From contig OZ024758.1 of assembly GCA_964016885.1 (NCBI GenBank), forward strand, positions 4,278,001 through 4,342,000: a stretch of DNA of 64,000 bases, in the 5' to 3' direction. Positions 13,268-26,914 of this stretch are shown one piece after another. The translations under genes and the position numbers were made by a program. Source of the DNA: Eledone cirrhosa (Eukaryota). Within the stretch, counting starts at the first letter, position 1; the number at the start of each line of letters is the position of its first letter. The notes below the pieces were generated by a model. It did no database searches. It was given only the letters and a program-made list of their open reading frames with translations, and was not told where the DNA came from.

Positions 13268-13645
13268 TTGTTTCTACTTTTGGCAGAAGGCCAGCAAATA
13301 CCCAAGTGTATTACAGGTACTTTATTTTATCGACCCCGTATGGATGAATGGCAAAGTTAACCTCGCGGGATTTGAACTCAGATCATAAAGGGACGTAACT
13401 CTATGTTGCAAAGAATTGCGTCCGGCCCTCTACCAATACATAATGGTTTCATATATAGGCACAAGGCGAACAATTTGGGGGGAAGGGAAAGTCGATTATA
13501 TTGACTCCAGTACGTTACTGGTACTTTATTTTATCGACCCACGTAGAGATGAAAAGCAACGTTAACCTCGGTTGGATTTGAACTCAGATCATAAAGGGCC
13601 ATAACTCTATGCTGCAAAGTATGGCGTCCGATGTCCTACCGATAC
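13268..13645 (-). mobile_element. Two tandem major-family SINE copies (short and long form)
   Basis: Two reverse-complement consensus matches, each followed by ATACATAATG. Confidence 0.9.
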
Positions 13646-14163
13646 ATAATGATGTGTAGAATATAATTTAAAGTAGAAATATTATTTTTAGGAGATGGAT
13701 ATTAATAGTTGACTCTAGAAATCATGAATTTAAGGTAGGTCTCAGTTAAGGTTTGACACATAAAGAGATACATTTAACACCAACATAAAGTGTGACGCAG
13801 CTGCAAGGCGTACCCCGAGGATAAACCATGAAATGCCAAAACCTCATCCTCCTGGTAAGATGATACATGGTTTTCAGTATTACTTTGACAACAAAAGCTA
13901 TGTTATTGTCAATTATGCTCGCGTGACCTTTGCTGTAATTACTCTACATAAAAACAGACGTTTCCTTACAACGTCTCTCTCCCTCCCTCTCTCCCTCTCT
14001 CTCTCTCCCTCTCTCACACGAGCTAGATAACTGTCTATCTTGCAATATTTCTATTAAACCAATTCACCATTGCGTTACAATTCACTTTGTACACAACACA
14101 CTTACGCTCTCAGACAGGAAGGAACACACAGATGAACCACATAAATATATATATATATGTATA

Positions 14164-14368
14164 TAGGAACGAGTAGGACCCTGACGGCTGAGCTCAAGCC
14201 GTTTCGACGGCTAATTCTGGACTAAAATTTTACTCCAGAATTAGCCGTCGAAACGGCTTGAGCTCAGCCGTCGGGGTCCTACTCGTTCCTATTACCCACT
14301 CTACTACCCTAAGTATTGAGTACTTTGGTGCGTTATGGTCCATCTGGTTCCTTACCACATTTCCTTCG

Positions 14369-14372
<4 letters not shown>
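14164..14372 (+). mobile_element. TA-associated foldback element, family A
   Basis: 58-bp inverted arms 14164-14221 / 14234-14291 (one mismatch) plus an ~80-nt tail ending TTCGTTAT; TA tracts on both sides. Confidence 0.85.
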
Positions 14373-14408
<36 letters not shown>

Positions 14409-14627
14409 GAATATAAAAGAGAGATAAACACAGACATATACATATATGTGTTCAAATTGTAAGGGACTAGGTTCGCTAGGGTGAAAAAAATACTAACTAT
14501 AACCAGTAGCGTTTGCCAGACTCAATTCAAAAGAATAAATCAAGAAAATAAATACAAACCGATATGGGGTAACTACCAGACACCCAGACAGACTTAGGTG
14601 AAACTGTTTCTAACTCATATAAAAGTA

Positions 14628-14665
<38 letters not shown>

Positions 14666-14667
<2 letters not shown>

Positions 14668-14850
14668 TACTTAGCATGAATTTTTTTCTGCCTTTGTTAC
14701 TCTAAATACTGTTTTTAAAGAATTCCGTTTTCTTTAAATCCTACCTCCAGAAAATGTATAAATACCACCATATTATTGGAGAGTCGGCTTCCTGATGATT
14801 TCTCCCGAATGAAACAGTTCTAGTCCTGTAGAAGCCATTTCTACAATAAA
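14666..14850 (+). mobile_element. TA-flanked Penelope-like terminal fragment, family E
   Basis: Lies between (TA)n tracts, contains a complete hammerhead; about 50 nt identical to 39447-39497. Confidence 0.65.
14786..14836 (+). ncRNA. Type I hammerhead ribozyme (family E)
   Basis: GGCTTC-CTGATGA-T TTC(TCCC)GAA T-GAAA-CAG(TTCTAGTC)CTG-TA-GAAGCC: perfect 6-bp helix I, intact core, 4-bp helix III, predicted GUA cleavage. Confidence 0.85.
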
Positions 14851-15184
14851 TATATATATACATATATATATTTATATATGTATATATATATATATATATA
14901 TAAAACAAGAAAGACGCTTTTAAATTCTTGTCAGCACAAAATTAATAAGACATTTATTAGCATAGAGAATTTAGTTAAAACTTAATTAACATTAAATAAA
15001 CCAACAAATAAATAATTCAACATTGATTGATATACAGATACATTAAAACTTCAGCATCAAAGTACCAATATCTAAAATTAGATTTAGTATCTAAGTGAAT
15101 AGAATCTAGTATAAAATAAAATAAAAATTAATAGTTAATACATGCCTCACTAGGAATAAAACGACCACTCTGTTAACGTGATTC

Positions 15185-15443
15185 CCTAGCCGCGGGCTAC
15201 ATGAGGTCCCTTACAAGGACACCTGCGGCCTGCACAAAAGATTTTTCAGCGCGAACATGTTTTATCTTCGTAACATAAAATTTAAAAAATTAATTGTAAT
15301 GTGTGCAACTAGTTGTCGGGTGTGGCCCTCAGACAACACATATATGATTCATGTGGCCCACAGACAACACATGTGGCCCTCAGACAACACATGTGACACA
15401 TGTGGCCCTCGGGGGGATCTTCAGTTTGACATAATAGGACTAG
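15185..15443. mobile_element. Degraded hAT/Charlie-like non-autonomous element
   Basis: Repeated TGTGGCCC(T/A)CAGACAACAC subterminal motifs and an AGTTTGACA end typical of Charlie-type MITEs. Confidence 0.45.
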
Positions 15444-15551
15444 GAAAGCCATGAACGACACTAGTGTGGACTTGCATGTTTACATGTCTACATATTAAAA
15501 AAGTGTATATTTATATACATATTAATGCAGTCATGACTACCCACTCGCCAA

Positions 15552-15592
<41 letters not shown>

Positions 15593-15670
15593 TATATCCA
15601 TATAAATATATATAATTATATATCCATATAAATATATATATATATATCCACACACGCACTAGATATACAT

Positions 15671-15706
<36 letters not shown>

Positions 15707-16769
15707 TGTGTGCGTGTGCGTGTGCGTGCGTGTGTGCGCGTGCGTGTGTGCGTGTGTACATACACAAACATACTTACGTATATACATACCTACATACATA
15801 CTTACATACATATTCGAAAATAATAAATTTAAATCGAACATAAAACTCGCTCTGCTCACAAAACAGAGTCGAACAGAAAAAGAGGAAGGATAAAATATTC
15901 AAAGAATAGATATTCAGTGAGGCATAGATTTTCATACACAATAGTCTTATAAATAAACTTGTAACAACACAGAGTGGTTCACAAATAAACACAGACATAT
16001 TTAAAGGCGATTTAGCAGACTAAACATTCATAATTGTGATTTAAACTGTTTACAACTCGACGAAAATCTCATTGTGAAATCAATGTAAATGTCATTTGTT
16101 CTTTGATTTAATTGACTTAGTCTCGTTAGTTTGTTTATAAATCTATAATACAAAGTATATATTATGATATATAATAGAGTAATACACAATCAAGCTGAAT
16201 CTATGATATAACACTGTAGCCATATTGGACTACGTAGCTGTATACATCTACGTACATGTAGATGAAGATAGTTTATGCAATATTTTATGTCTGGTCTAGA
16301 TTTCTGCCAATTGATCTCTAAGCTAAGCCTGAAAATTGTGCCTCCTGGGCCATTCCGTTTTCCAATTCACAATATATTAATATTCGTAGGTCTGTATAAG
16401 AAATAGTAGATGAGAAATTCAGTTTTCTTCAGATTATCTACCAGAATTTGCACCATTAGTACTAATATTCAATTTTCACTTTTTAAGTTTCATTCATATT
16501 ATAAGGGAAAGCAATATAAACAAATTAATTTTCATAATTTACGAAGGGAATGATATGAATCTTCAACACGTTTTTGTTCATTGGTAAATGCGACAGCGTT
16601 CAACAATACAATTATAACATGTGATATAATATACAATTTATTCTTGATCTACAGTACTATAATTTTGTTCGCTCAAATCTTTCAATATTTAAGGGGTAAT
16701 GTATAAAACGTAATGAATATGACTTGGTCAACTGGACATTTTTTATTCTTCCAGGGCTATCCCATAACA

Positions 16770-16881
<112 letters not shown>

Positions 16882-16972
16882 TATAATAAAGATATTGAAA
16901 ATAAAGTGAAAATCTTTTATTGGTAATATTGGATACATGACCATCTCCAAATATAACAACATCTACACAGAC

Positions 16973-17003
<31 letters not shown>

Positions 17004-17054
17004 CGTGCGTGTATGCGTGCGTGTGTGCGCGTGTGCGTGTGCGCGTGTGTGAAG

Positions 17055-17331
17055 TCTGTCTTAAGCCAGAAGGCTCATTTGGCCGGTGCTTATTCCGGTT
17101 TCAGGGCGTGAAGCGACTGAGAGTACAAGACTCCCCCCTGGACAGGACAGGAGACCAGGCCATCACAGGGTTAAACGCCCAGCTATTGCTGGTACTCATT
17201 TTCAGCTGAGTATACTGGAGCAACGTGAAATAAGTATTTTGTTCAAGAACACAACATCCAACCCAGGAATCGAACCCTAGACATTATGATCGTAAGTCCA
17301 ACACCCTTACCACAAGGCCACATGCCTCCAC
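17055..17331 (-). mobile_element. tRNA-derived SINE, MetaSINE-like
   Basis: Minus strand has A box TGGCCTTGTGG, B box GGTTCGATTCC, then TTGTGTTCTTGAACAA...AAATGAGTACC and ...GTCGCTTCA...GAAACCGG tail. Confidence 0.75.
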
Positions 17332-18310
17332 GTAGTAGACATGACCAACAAACAAAGCCATTTGTAACATACACATATATACATATAGTCTAATAGTATG
17401 CATGAACATATTTACTTTTCATTTGGTTTGTACACTACTTTCGATCTAATCATTCTCTGAGTTTTGTAATTGTATCAACAGTTGATATGTAGGTTTAGTG
17501 AAGGGTTATTTAAAATTATTTCAGCAAAATAATTTGTTATACTAGATAAAAATCTCGGTAAAACTAATAGACACATATGTAAATAAACTATGTATATAAA
17601 ACGCATTTCGTTTTCTTTTAGGAGTTATTAAATCTAAGTGTTGGGGATTAATTGCAAGTATGGTTTCCTCCTATGTAATATTTACAACGACAAAAAATTC
17701 AGCGATCAAAATACGTGTCTTTTTTCCTTTGTGGTATATATGAACATGGAAGTTATCGTGTGATTGTATTATGTTAATTTGTATTAAAGTTATCTGTGTT
17801 TATTTATCTCAGCACTTATCCTACGTATAATATTTTCTTCAGTTTGAAATTATCGCGATAAAATTTTAAGCCTTGACTTTAAATCAGTAATCCTTTATCT
17901 ATTTTGAAAATGTCCTTCATTTTTATCAAAATGTAACCAATATTTTCTTAACATAATCCGATGTAAATATATCTGATATTAATGTCAATTGTATTTTTTA
18001 ACTGACATAATCCATCATTGAAGCCGTGCATTCTTTACAAGTCTAACTAATGGTACTAGTTCCATTAACACCATAATCATTTTGTTGCGAGTAGTGATGT
18101 TAATAGTTCGACAAAGAAAGAATATGTTATCTTTTAACATGAACATGTTGCCAACGGGCGATCTACTGTGTAGTGAATCTGTCTGCTAGAAATGACAACT
18201 AAATATACAGTGAACCACCCACTAGTTTCTTGAACATGGAAAAGAAAGAATACTTGAAGCTGGATTAAGAAACGAACAGTCTAAACATCAATATCGCATT
18301 ATCATCAAAC

Positions 18311-18500
18311 GGCGGTGGATTGGCAGTTTTGGTAGAGAGTCGGATGCCATGCGTTGCAGCATAGAGTCACGACCCTTTACGATCTGACTTCAAACGCTGC
18401 TGAGGTAGACTTTGCCTTTCATCCTTACAGGGTCGATAAAATAAAGTACCAGTAATGTACTGGCATAATTGCTGGCCTTGTGCCAAAAGTAGAAACAATT
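18311..18500 (+). mobile_element. Major SINE family copy
   Basis: Full consensus; near-perfect TSD ATTATCATCAAA / ATTATCAACAAA. Confidence 0.9.
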
Positions 18501-18539
18501 ATCAACAAAATATTTGTATATTCATATCTGTACAGTAGA

Positions 18540-18965
18540 GGTAAGTCGCAAGCCCCAATTTTGCAATATGTACCGGTTACCTGATGATTTCTCCTATCAA
18601 ACCAGAAAACAGCACTCGATCTCAGTGCATGAATGCTCCCGTAACTCGTACAAGAGTCGTAAGGGCAGCCTATTAATATACGGGTTTTTCTAGGCCTTTT
18701 TAAACCTGGCAGAGGCAAAACCTCTCCAGGTCTAAATACAGAAGATTTCTTCCAGAGAATGATAGAGAGTGGGAGAATAGAAATGGGAAAGAGAAAGGAA
18801 GGAATATTCGATACAAGTACTTAACTGGTACATTTTTATCGAACTCAAATGGTCGAAAGGCAATATTGACCTCTGCGGGATTTGAACTTAGAGAGTAGAG
18901 ACCTGACAGGAAAACCACAATGTAGCATGCTATCTAACGCTCTAAAGACTTTGCCAGTTAGCTGC
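18540..18965 (-). mobile_element. Old long-bodied SINE variant
   Basis: SINE head at about 18820-18965; body homologous to 9865-10010. Confidence 0.55.
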
Positions 18966-20796
18966 TCAATACATCTTGAGGTCCGTATCAAAATTAGTTT
19001 TGTTGTAATGCTAAATCATTCAATATGTAGAGTGTAGCAAACGGTTAATACGATATCTTTCATCAATGGTCATTATATTCTGAGATACGATGTTCTGCAG
19101 CTCCTGTTTCTATTTCATAGGTTTGGAATGTGTTAAATATGTTTGACACAGCTAAAATTGATATGTCTGTTTTACATTCATTAAATATAGAAGCAATTTA
19201 AAACATGCAAATTTCCAATCTAATTTACAGAACATTTTAATATGCAGGGGTTATTTTAACCAATTTTAATCAAAGGTTGATAATGAAGTCACGATCGGTT
19301 TATTTAAAAGATGTCTGCATCGTTCATTAATTAATGTCACTGTGTATTCAGTGCTCCAAGCAAGAAATTTTATAATGCTTAAATCTACATTTTAATCATT
19401 GTATTATTTAAAGTAAATTAGGTTGTATGTATTGATACTTTCAAACATTCTATCATGGAAATTATTGCAGTTTGTTTGTACTGAATGTATAAAATCCTTG
19501 GCCAAATTGTTTCCTATAATTTGTAATTACAAGTTACTCATGCTTCTGACAGGACCCGCCGGAAGGACTTTGACCCCACGACCTTCTCATGAATAGGTGG
19601 GCTAAGAAGAAGAGAAAGAAAAAGAAGATAAAAAAAATAAGTTACTGGCTTTTTTTAGGAAAATAAATCAGCTGAACTCTGTGGTTTGGTATACAAGGTT
19701 CGACAAAAAGGTTCATAGGGTGACTACGAAAGAGTGATGCTAGAGCTGTGAAATTTTGCCTGCATTAATTTCAACTCTTCTTACCAATAACTGCATTGTT
19801 TCTTTCAAGGGACTATTTTGAAGCTTCATTTTGTCATTCCATGAGAATATCTTGTTCAGCCTATGAAGGAGTGATGCAACTCATCTTAATAATTACATTG
19901 TTTTTTTTTATAGACTATGGAGACACATTGGAACATCTTGTTTTACTATACCCCACTCTCATTTTCTCCTGTTTTTATTTATTTATTTCATTTCATTTGA
20001 TACTATTCTTGTTCAATTTTCGTCCGAGTACACATCATAGATAAAAAGGGTTAATATGACAACACAAGCAAACCTATTTTAGTGAAAATATCGTGTTAGA
20101 GTAAATCACATGTGGTATGGAGCAGTAGAGAATGAATACAGTTGAGAAGTGAAATATATTTCGCTGTTAGGCAGAATAAGAACATATCTTTATAACACAT
20201 ATTGTACGTTTGTTTTGTATGCATAACAGAGGAATAGAGAATTAACGGAGTGTAATAAATCACATTTGGTGTACTGAAATGAGCCAATCGTTGTTTGATT
20301 CTCTGTCTGAAGAAGTCGTTAACCTCTCAACTAAAGGCATCTTTTATCACCTTAACTAAAGAATCTTTAAACTGTAAATCTTCTTCTGTTCTACTTCAAT
20401 GTGACGATCACAACCAGAAGAAAGAACACCAAAAGGAAACAAATGTATCACAGCGCATATTTTATTGAAATCTAATTATATCAAATTCAAACTTCTTCGA
20501 CTATATTATAGTTAACTATTGTGAGAATAACCTGTTATAAGTAGAAGAGAATTGTTTTTCGTTTTGCATTGTTTTCGTGCATTGTGTTGTCTTCTCTTTG
20601 TTAATTTTCTTAAGTATATGTCTTGTCCTCGCCTTGTTAATTTTCCTAAGGAAAATAATGGGTTAGTGGACCCCAAGCCTTGATGTCTGTCCTAGGTAGA
20701 AGAGAATCATTGCTGTAGTTCACACCTGCACCCACACACAAGCACACATACACTTCTCACTCCTCCCTCTATCACACAATATCCATTCTATTCTGG

Positions 20797-20995
20797 GAGT
20801 ATCGAAAGAGCATCGGACACCATGCTTCGCGGCATAGAGTTACAGCCCTTTACGTTCTGATTTCAAATCCAGCCGATTTTAGCTTTGCCTTTCATCCTTA
20901 CTGTGTTGTAAAGCACCAGTAATACACTGGGGTAGATTTACTCGAATTTCCCCTCCCCTTCAAATAGCTGGCCTTGAGCCTCAAGTAGAAACAAA
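20797..20995 (+). mobile_element. Major SINE family copy (long form)
   Basis: Diverged consensus match. Confidence 0.85.
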
Positions 20996-21926
20996 TATGT
21001 TGTTTCTCTTACATTTGTTATTGGAGATACTCAGAGAATTTGAAATTCTCCTTATCCTCAACAGATCATGGAAACGGCATATTTCAAGCAGAATTGTGTC
21101 TGAAAAATGCAACTAAAACTAATTAGATGTGTGAATACACCAGTTTGATATCTCTTATACATCAATTTTAACAATAATGTAACTTGCTTATTTGAAGACT
21201 TTCCTTAATTAGTATAAGCTGTGGAGATAATAATAAATACTTTGAGGAAATTGACCTGTTATGTAATATATTAAAACTTAGCTATTAATGAAGCAACAAT
21301 TCTAGAAATCTCTAAACATTATTGCAATTAAAGTAGTATAATTACTGTATAAAATATTTCATAATTAATAGGAATATATTCATATAAAGGAATATTATTC
21401 AAATACAATTTCAAAAGAGTACATTTACTAACAGTTCGCTATTATTCATTTGCGATAGCTGCTTTATATTTATCCAAAGATATATTATATTTAGTTATTA
21501 TATTTGTCGATCTTCCTTTTGTAATGGATGACATGGATAGTATAAATTGTAATTCTGAATAATAACATAATTTTATATCTTTATATTCTCCTGTTAGCCA
21601 TTGTTTTATGTAAAGTATTTAATTTTGCGTAAATTTGTAGATAATTAAGAATATGGGAAGTGTCTTCTTTTATTTATGGTGACGAGAGAGAGAGAGAGAT
21701 AGATAGAGAAAGAGAGAAAGAGTGTAATTCGTTTGAAATATATGCTTGCAGAGGTGTTTTGATTAAAGACATTCTACTTTACGTCATCTTGTGCGGAATT
21801 TATTGACATGTAAAGGACACAAGAAAGGTACATTCCTTACACAAAATATCTTCTTACTGACGCCTTATTCATTACAAATATTTTAAATACGTGAACAGTA
21901 ACGACAGTCGGACGACAAGCTCCCAG

Positions 21927-22133
21927 ACCTCGTCAAATCGGACCGAAGCAACAATGTTTCCATTGGTCTTTCCAATTGCTAATACTATCTAGCGGTCGCA
22001 AATCCAAGCAAAAGGAACAACATCAAATAAAGTGTCTTGCTCAAGGACATAACCTATCACCAGATCCGGGAATCGAACGCACAACCTCACGATTGCGAAT
22101 TCTATTTTCGAACCACTCAGCCCTCGCCATCAC
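21927..22133 (-). mobile_element. Another tRNA-headed SINE family
   Basis: B box GTTCGATTCCC on the minus strand; alignable along its length with 51935-52143. Confidence 0.8.
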
Positions 22134-22432
22134 GTGAAAAGTAACATAAAGATAAAATTAAGAGACAAAAAGATAAGTTACAAAAAAAAATAAGTTACAA
22201 AAAAAAACAAAAACGAATAAATGGAGAAGAGAAACAGTAAGCCCCTGAATAGACGATATGATTGAGGTATCTTCCAGGGAGAAGTTTGCGACGCCAATGA
22301 GATGTAATCCAGCCAGACTTGCCACCTGCATCAGTAATCCCTTCTAATGGTGCTCTTTCTGCTTAAATAAGAAAATATATACATACAAAGTAACTATGTT
22401 TGAAATAGAAGTTTCGTCGCAAAGTTGTCTAA

Positions 22433-22770
22433 TAATTGTTTCTACTTTTGCCACAAAGACAGCAATTATACCAATGCATTACTCGGTGAGATTTGAAATT
22501 AGAACGCAAAGGGACATAACTCTATGCAACAAAGCAAGTTATCTGACGCTCTACCGACACTGCCAAACCACTGCATGATTTTGTCTAATAATTGTTTCAA
22601 CTTTTGGCACAAGGACAGCAATTATCCCAGGTAAACTGGTACTTTATTTCATCGACCCCGTGAGAATGAAACAGATATTAACCTCGACGGGATTTGAACT
22701 CAAAATGGCAAGGGCCGTAACTCTATGCGTCAAAGCATGGTATACGACCCTCTACCGATACTGACGAGGC
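22433..22770 (-). mobile_element. Two tandem major-family SINE copies
   Basis: Both preceded by TTGTCTAATAATTGTTTC; the first is internally deleted. Confidence 0.85.
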
Positions 22771-22777
22771 GTATAAA

Positions 22778-22842
<65 letters not shown>

Positions 22843-22863
22843 ATATATATATAATATATATAT

Positions 22864-23053
22864 ATAACGAAGGAAATGTGGTAAGGAACCAGGTGGACCA
22901 TAACGCACCAAAGTACTCAATACTTAGGGTAGTAGAGTGGGTAATAGGAACGAGTAGGACCCCGACGGCTGAGCTCAAGCCGTTTCGACGGCTATATCTG
23001 GACTAGAATTCGAAACGGCTTGAGCTCAACCGTCGGGGTCCTACTCGTTGCTA
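22864..23053 (-). mobile_element. TA-associated foldback element, family A
   Basis: Tail ATAACGAAGG..., arms about 22945-22988 / 23010-23053, TA tracts on both sides. Confidence 0.85.
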
Positions 23054-23065
23054 TATATATATATA

Positions 23066-23100
<35 letters not shown>

Positions 23101-24329
23101 TTAAATAAATATCATACACTCAGTGAAATGATAGCATGACCTTCTAAATTCAAGCGAATCAGTAAATTGCACTGCACGTATACATCGTTTATATACCGTA
23201 ACACACCTATCTATCGCTGCAAAAGAACAGGAATGTAAGAGTAGAGTGGATATGATGGAATAATAATTATACCCCGAATAGGTTTTATTGCCGCATGTTA
23301 CAGGATTTCGGATTAACGTTTAAATATCTATTACAATCCTTAATATAGCCCTCTGAATGTCTATTTTTATAGCTTGCTTATATATTTCCAAGTAGAGTGA
23401 ATTCCACAGAATGTTTAATGGATGACAATTATGAAAAAAAACATGTCTAAGAAAAGTTTATAACAAATTAAGGATGTGAATGAGCATTTTCGCTCTACGC
23501 ATCATGTGGTTTAAAAAAACATTATCTATTACTAAGCAAATGGTAACTATAGCTAAATTGAAATTGTGAATAATGAGAAAATATACAAATCTAATTTCCT
23601 CATCGCCAATGAAACTCTGACACGAACATTTTCTAACTTCTGTATTCATTATTTCTTCATACGGTAGGGTAACTATTTGCAGCGACTTATCTGGTGTTTT
23701 CTTACAACATAATTAATGTCTGGAGGGCGACTAATTATTTCAACATATTTTTATTTTTCTATGCCTGAAGAATTATCTGGAAGAATGTTCAATAAACACG
23801 TCATTAATTTATATTTTTCCTCTAAAAGGTTATTGGTAATTATTTAACTTTCTCAGCAATTCTTGAAATCAATGTCTCACCACATTTGATTTTATTTATT
23901 CTCATCTATGTTGTAAATATCACTTTATTGTTGTAGTTATTGTTGTGGTTGCTGTTAAACATCAAATATATTTGACGTTATCAAACATTCAATAAAACAT
24001 CGTAATTTTGGCTCATTCTTTATTTTGGGACCTGTTTAACGATTAGATATATAGATATATAAATCTTGTAGGAATGTGGCTTCTATATTGAGAAGATAAA
24101 GATAATGTTTAAATTTTCATTTGCTGTCTAAGTCTACATCCAGATTCTTCGGATTGGCAGTTTCTTGTTATTGAAAGATGCACTATATAGTTATTGTAAA
24201 GACATGGTAGACGATAGGACAGGCATTTGGTGTTCTACTCTGAGGGTTAACATTAACATTCAATGTTTTTACTTAAGACATTTTAAACAGATAACTTAAG
24301 TAAAATGACAGTGTATCAGTTAAATCTCT

Positions 24330-25300
24330 TTGAATTCCAATTTCAGGCCATATTTCTCATAATAGATTCGTCGAATGACAAGATTATAAAGTCCTTCTTT
24401 TAAATTCAGTTCAAGGCAAGGCAGGCAGCTTCACATTTGGAAATTTCACTCATCAAATTCATATTCTCATCTAAAACTAAGAACGTGTGCATTTTGCTTT
24501 GTACATACAAATACTCCCCCAATATACACATGCAATATATATATTGGGGAGGGCTCGACACAGCGGTTATTTTCCCGAAATAGAATATAGAAAGGAATAA
24601 GTTTATTTGACTATAGAGCAACTGGCGCTGCTCATCTATGAGACACCGGGTCAGAAAATGAGACTTAATCTGAGTACTCCAGAGGACGCCACAAGTATTG
24701 CAATTCAATATATCAAAATCTTTGAATTTATCCAAATAGATCAGAGCACCGCTAGAACCAGATCTTCTACCCATTCTCATAGCAATGTTTCACATTAATT
24801 AGTGCATGTTACGATGAAGCTTTTTAACAATCACAGCTAACTCTATTCTCCTAAACACATTACCACGATGAGTCCAACATTTCAAACAATTTAGCAAGGT
24901 TTTTGATATGAAATCTGTGTTGAAACACAACAAAAGCCCAAACCAAACAGTGTTTTACTATATTTTTCTGGCAATATTATGACAAGATGACCCTCCCCAA
25001 ATATTCAAATAAATTATTTCTTCGAAATCCTAAAATTTAAGTCAGGAAAATTTCGATATCAAAGTTGGACATGTTTTTCCATATCAGCTCTATGTATAAC
25101 TAGCAATGTCTTCAATCGGTTACATGTAGGATAGACATCCAGTATATGCGTGGTAACTAAATCTGGTATATATCAATAAAGTTTATATAGTTGACCATCC
25201 TTAGCAAGTGCATGAATTACTGGTTAGAAACCGTACACATCTGATTAGAATTAAAAAGTAGGAGTGGAGATTTGTCCATCAACTATCCAACTACGTTTAA
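24330..25300 (-). pseudogene. Possible decayed coding relic of unknown identity
   Basis: Two consecutive minus-strand frames read as protein-like for about 300 codons with scattered stops and one frameshift; includes the 124-aa ORF 24406-24780; no motif recognised. Confidence 0.3.
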
Positions 25301-26653
25301 TGTCAAATTATCATCTCGGCTACACAGGCCAAGGGAATGGTAAAAATGGTTTTAAATTGACAAATCTATTTGGCTGCTAGTTATTTTATCAGATCCGCGT
25401 GGATGAAAGGATAAATTGACACCGGTGAGATTTCTACTGAGAACATAAAAGAGTTTAATCCAACAAGCGATCGATTTTTTCAGTTCAATAATATCAACAG
25501 TGAAATTATTAATGAGTTCCGATTGACTGTCAGCAAGAATTAGGAAAACACATCTCCCTAAAAAACAACAGCAAAGAAACACGTTTCATTCACGTAACAC
25601 ATTTTATGAAGCAATTAAGTAGTACCGTACAAGTGATATGTTTTCTAAAGATGCTTCAGATAGTCTCTATCAAATAGGAATTGACAACTTTGAATCAATA
25701 AAAACAAGTACGGACGAATCGCATTACGAAAGAAAAATAAACCTACATAAAAAACAATACTAATATTGAACAGTATATCAACAATTAATAACACTACAAA
25801 CAACAACACGAACGAAGTGCATTGAGACACAATTCATAAGAAATGGCTTAGCTTACGTCAATCACATCACAAAACCAATGTAAAATGAAACAGGTTTTTC
25901 CATAACGAATTAAACCTTAGCAAACGTATCCGATACATTTTGTGAGACATCAACAACATAGAGTGTTAGTAATATATGAAAGGTGGAGTGAAATAAACAT
26001 AAGTACATAAATCAACGACATGGCCCTCTATACAGTTGTTTTATTGTTTGAGATTTCCAAGTTAAATACCATTTAAATATCAAGATATAGTCATACAAAA
26101 AGTATCAATAGTATGGCTGAACTACTGATTCGTTTGCATCCAATGATGTAGACCACTTTTTTTTTGTAAATGCATTCAATGTTCAGAGAGTGGGATTGGC
26201 CCCGTGCTAAGCCTTTCCTCACATAAAACTGCTTCAAGTACAGGCATCGCTTTATATATGATATTTACTTAGAGATGCATGCTATTGTTGACCAAAGGCA
26301 AGTCCCTAGCCGTACAAGAAATCCATGTCTAGTATTACATGAAATGGAGTTACAGCCATCATGTATGTATGTATGAATAGTTTGAATTTTAGACAGATAT
26401 TGAATTAAATAATATTGTGTGAGACAAGAATAGAATATAGAATATATAATAAAGTTGAAAACAATGAAAATAATGTATACGGAAATAAATATACACCTTA
26501 CAGCGAATAAAGGTAGATGAATATAATAGATAGTTTAGGAATAACAACGTAATGATATGTCTTACAACAAGTGAAATGAACTTACAAAACATACAGAGAA
26601 TAAAGTGGGAAAAGAATATAAGTAAATATAAGACTGCTGTGAAAGTCTTTAGG

Positions 26654-26689
<36 letters not shown>

Positions 26690-26694
<5 letters not shown>

Positions 26695-26866
26695 TAAAAT
26701 AACAGATTAAAGTTTAAGCAAAGAATCGGTGCTTTCACCCTTAACGGGATCTTCTGAAACTAATATGTTATTTTAATAAATATTTGCTCTACGGTTCTTA
26801 TATATTTGATATATATTTATCCTTATCGAGCCCTCTTTGGATTTTAGTCTTCAAATTTATTATTAT

Positions 26867-26870
<4 letters not shown>
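26690..26870 (+). mobile_element. TA-associated foldback element, family B
   Basis: Inverted ATTTATTAAAATAACA / TGTTATTTTAATAAAT, tail shared with 50601-50830, hammerhead-like motif on the minus strand. Confidence 0.8.

Positions 26871-26910
<40 letters not shown>

Positions 26911-26914
<4 letters not shown>

Noticed and set aside
13828-13860. ATG...CTG|GTAAG as a first coding exon
   Set aside because: A single splice-donor-like motif with no supporting exons or homology.
14234-14270. GTCGAAACGG in family A as a complete hammerhead
   Set aside because: No copy extends far enough to show a CTGANGA core, so a ribozyme cannot be called.
18575-18645. GTTAC-CTGATGA...GAAA...GTAAC as a hammerhead
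   Set aside because: No acceptable helix II or III around GAAA, and it lies in a SINE body.
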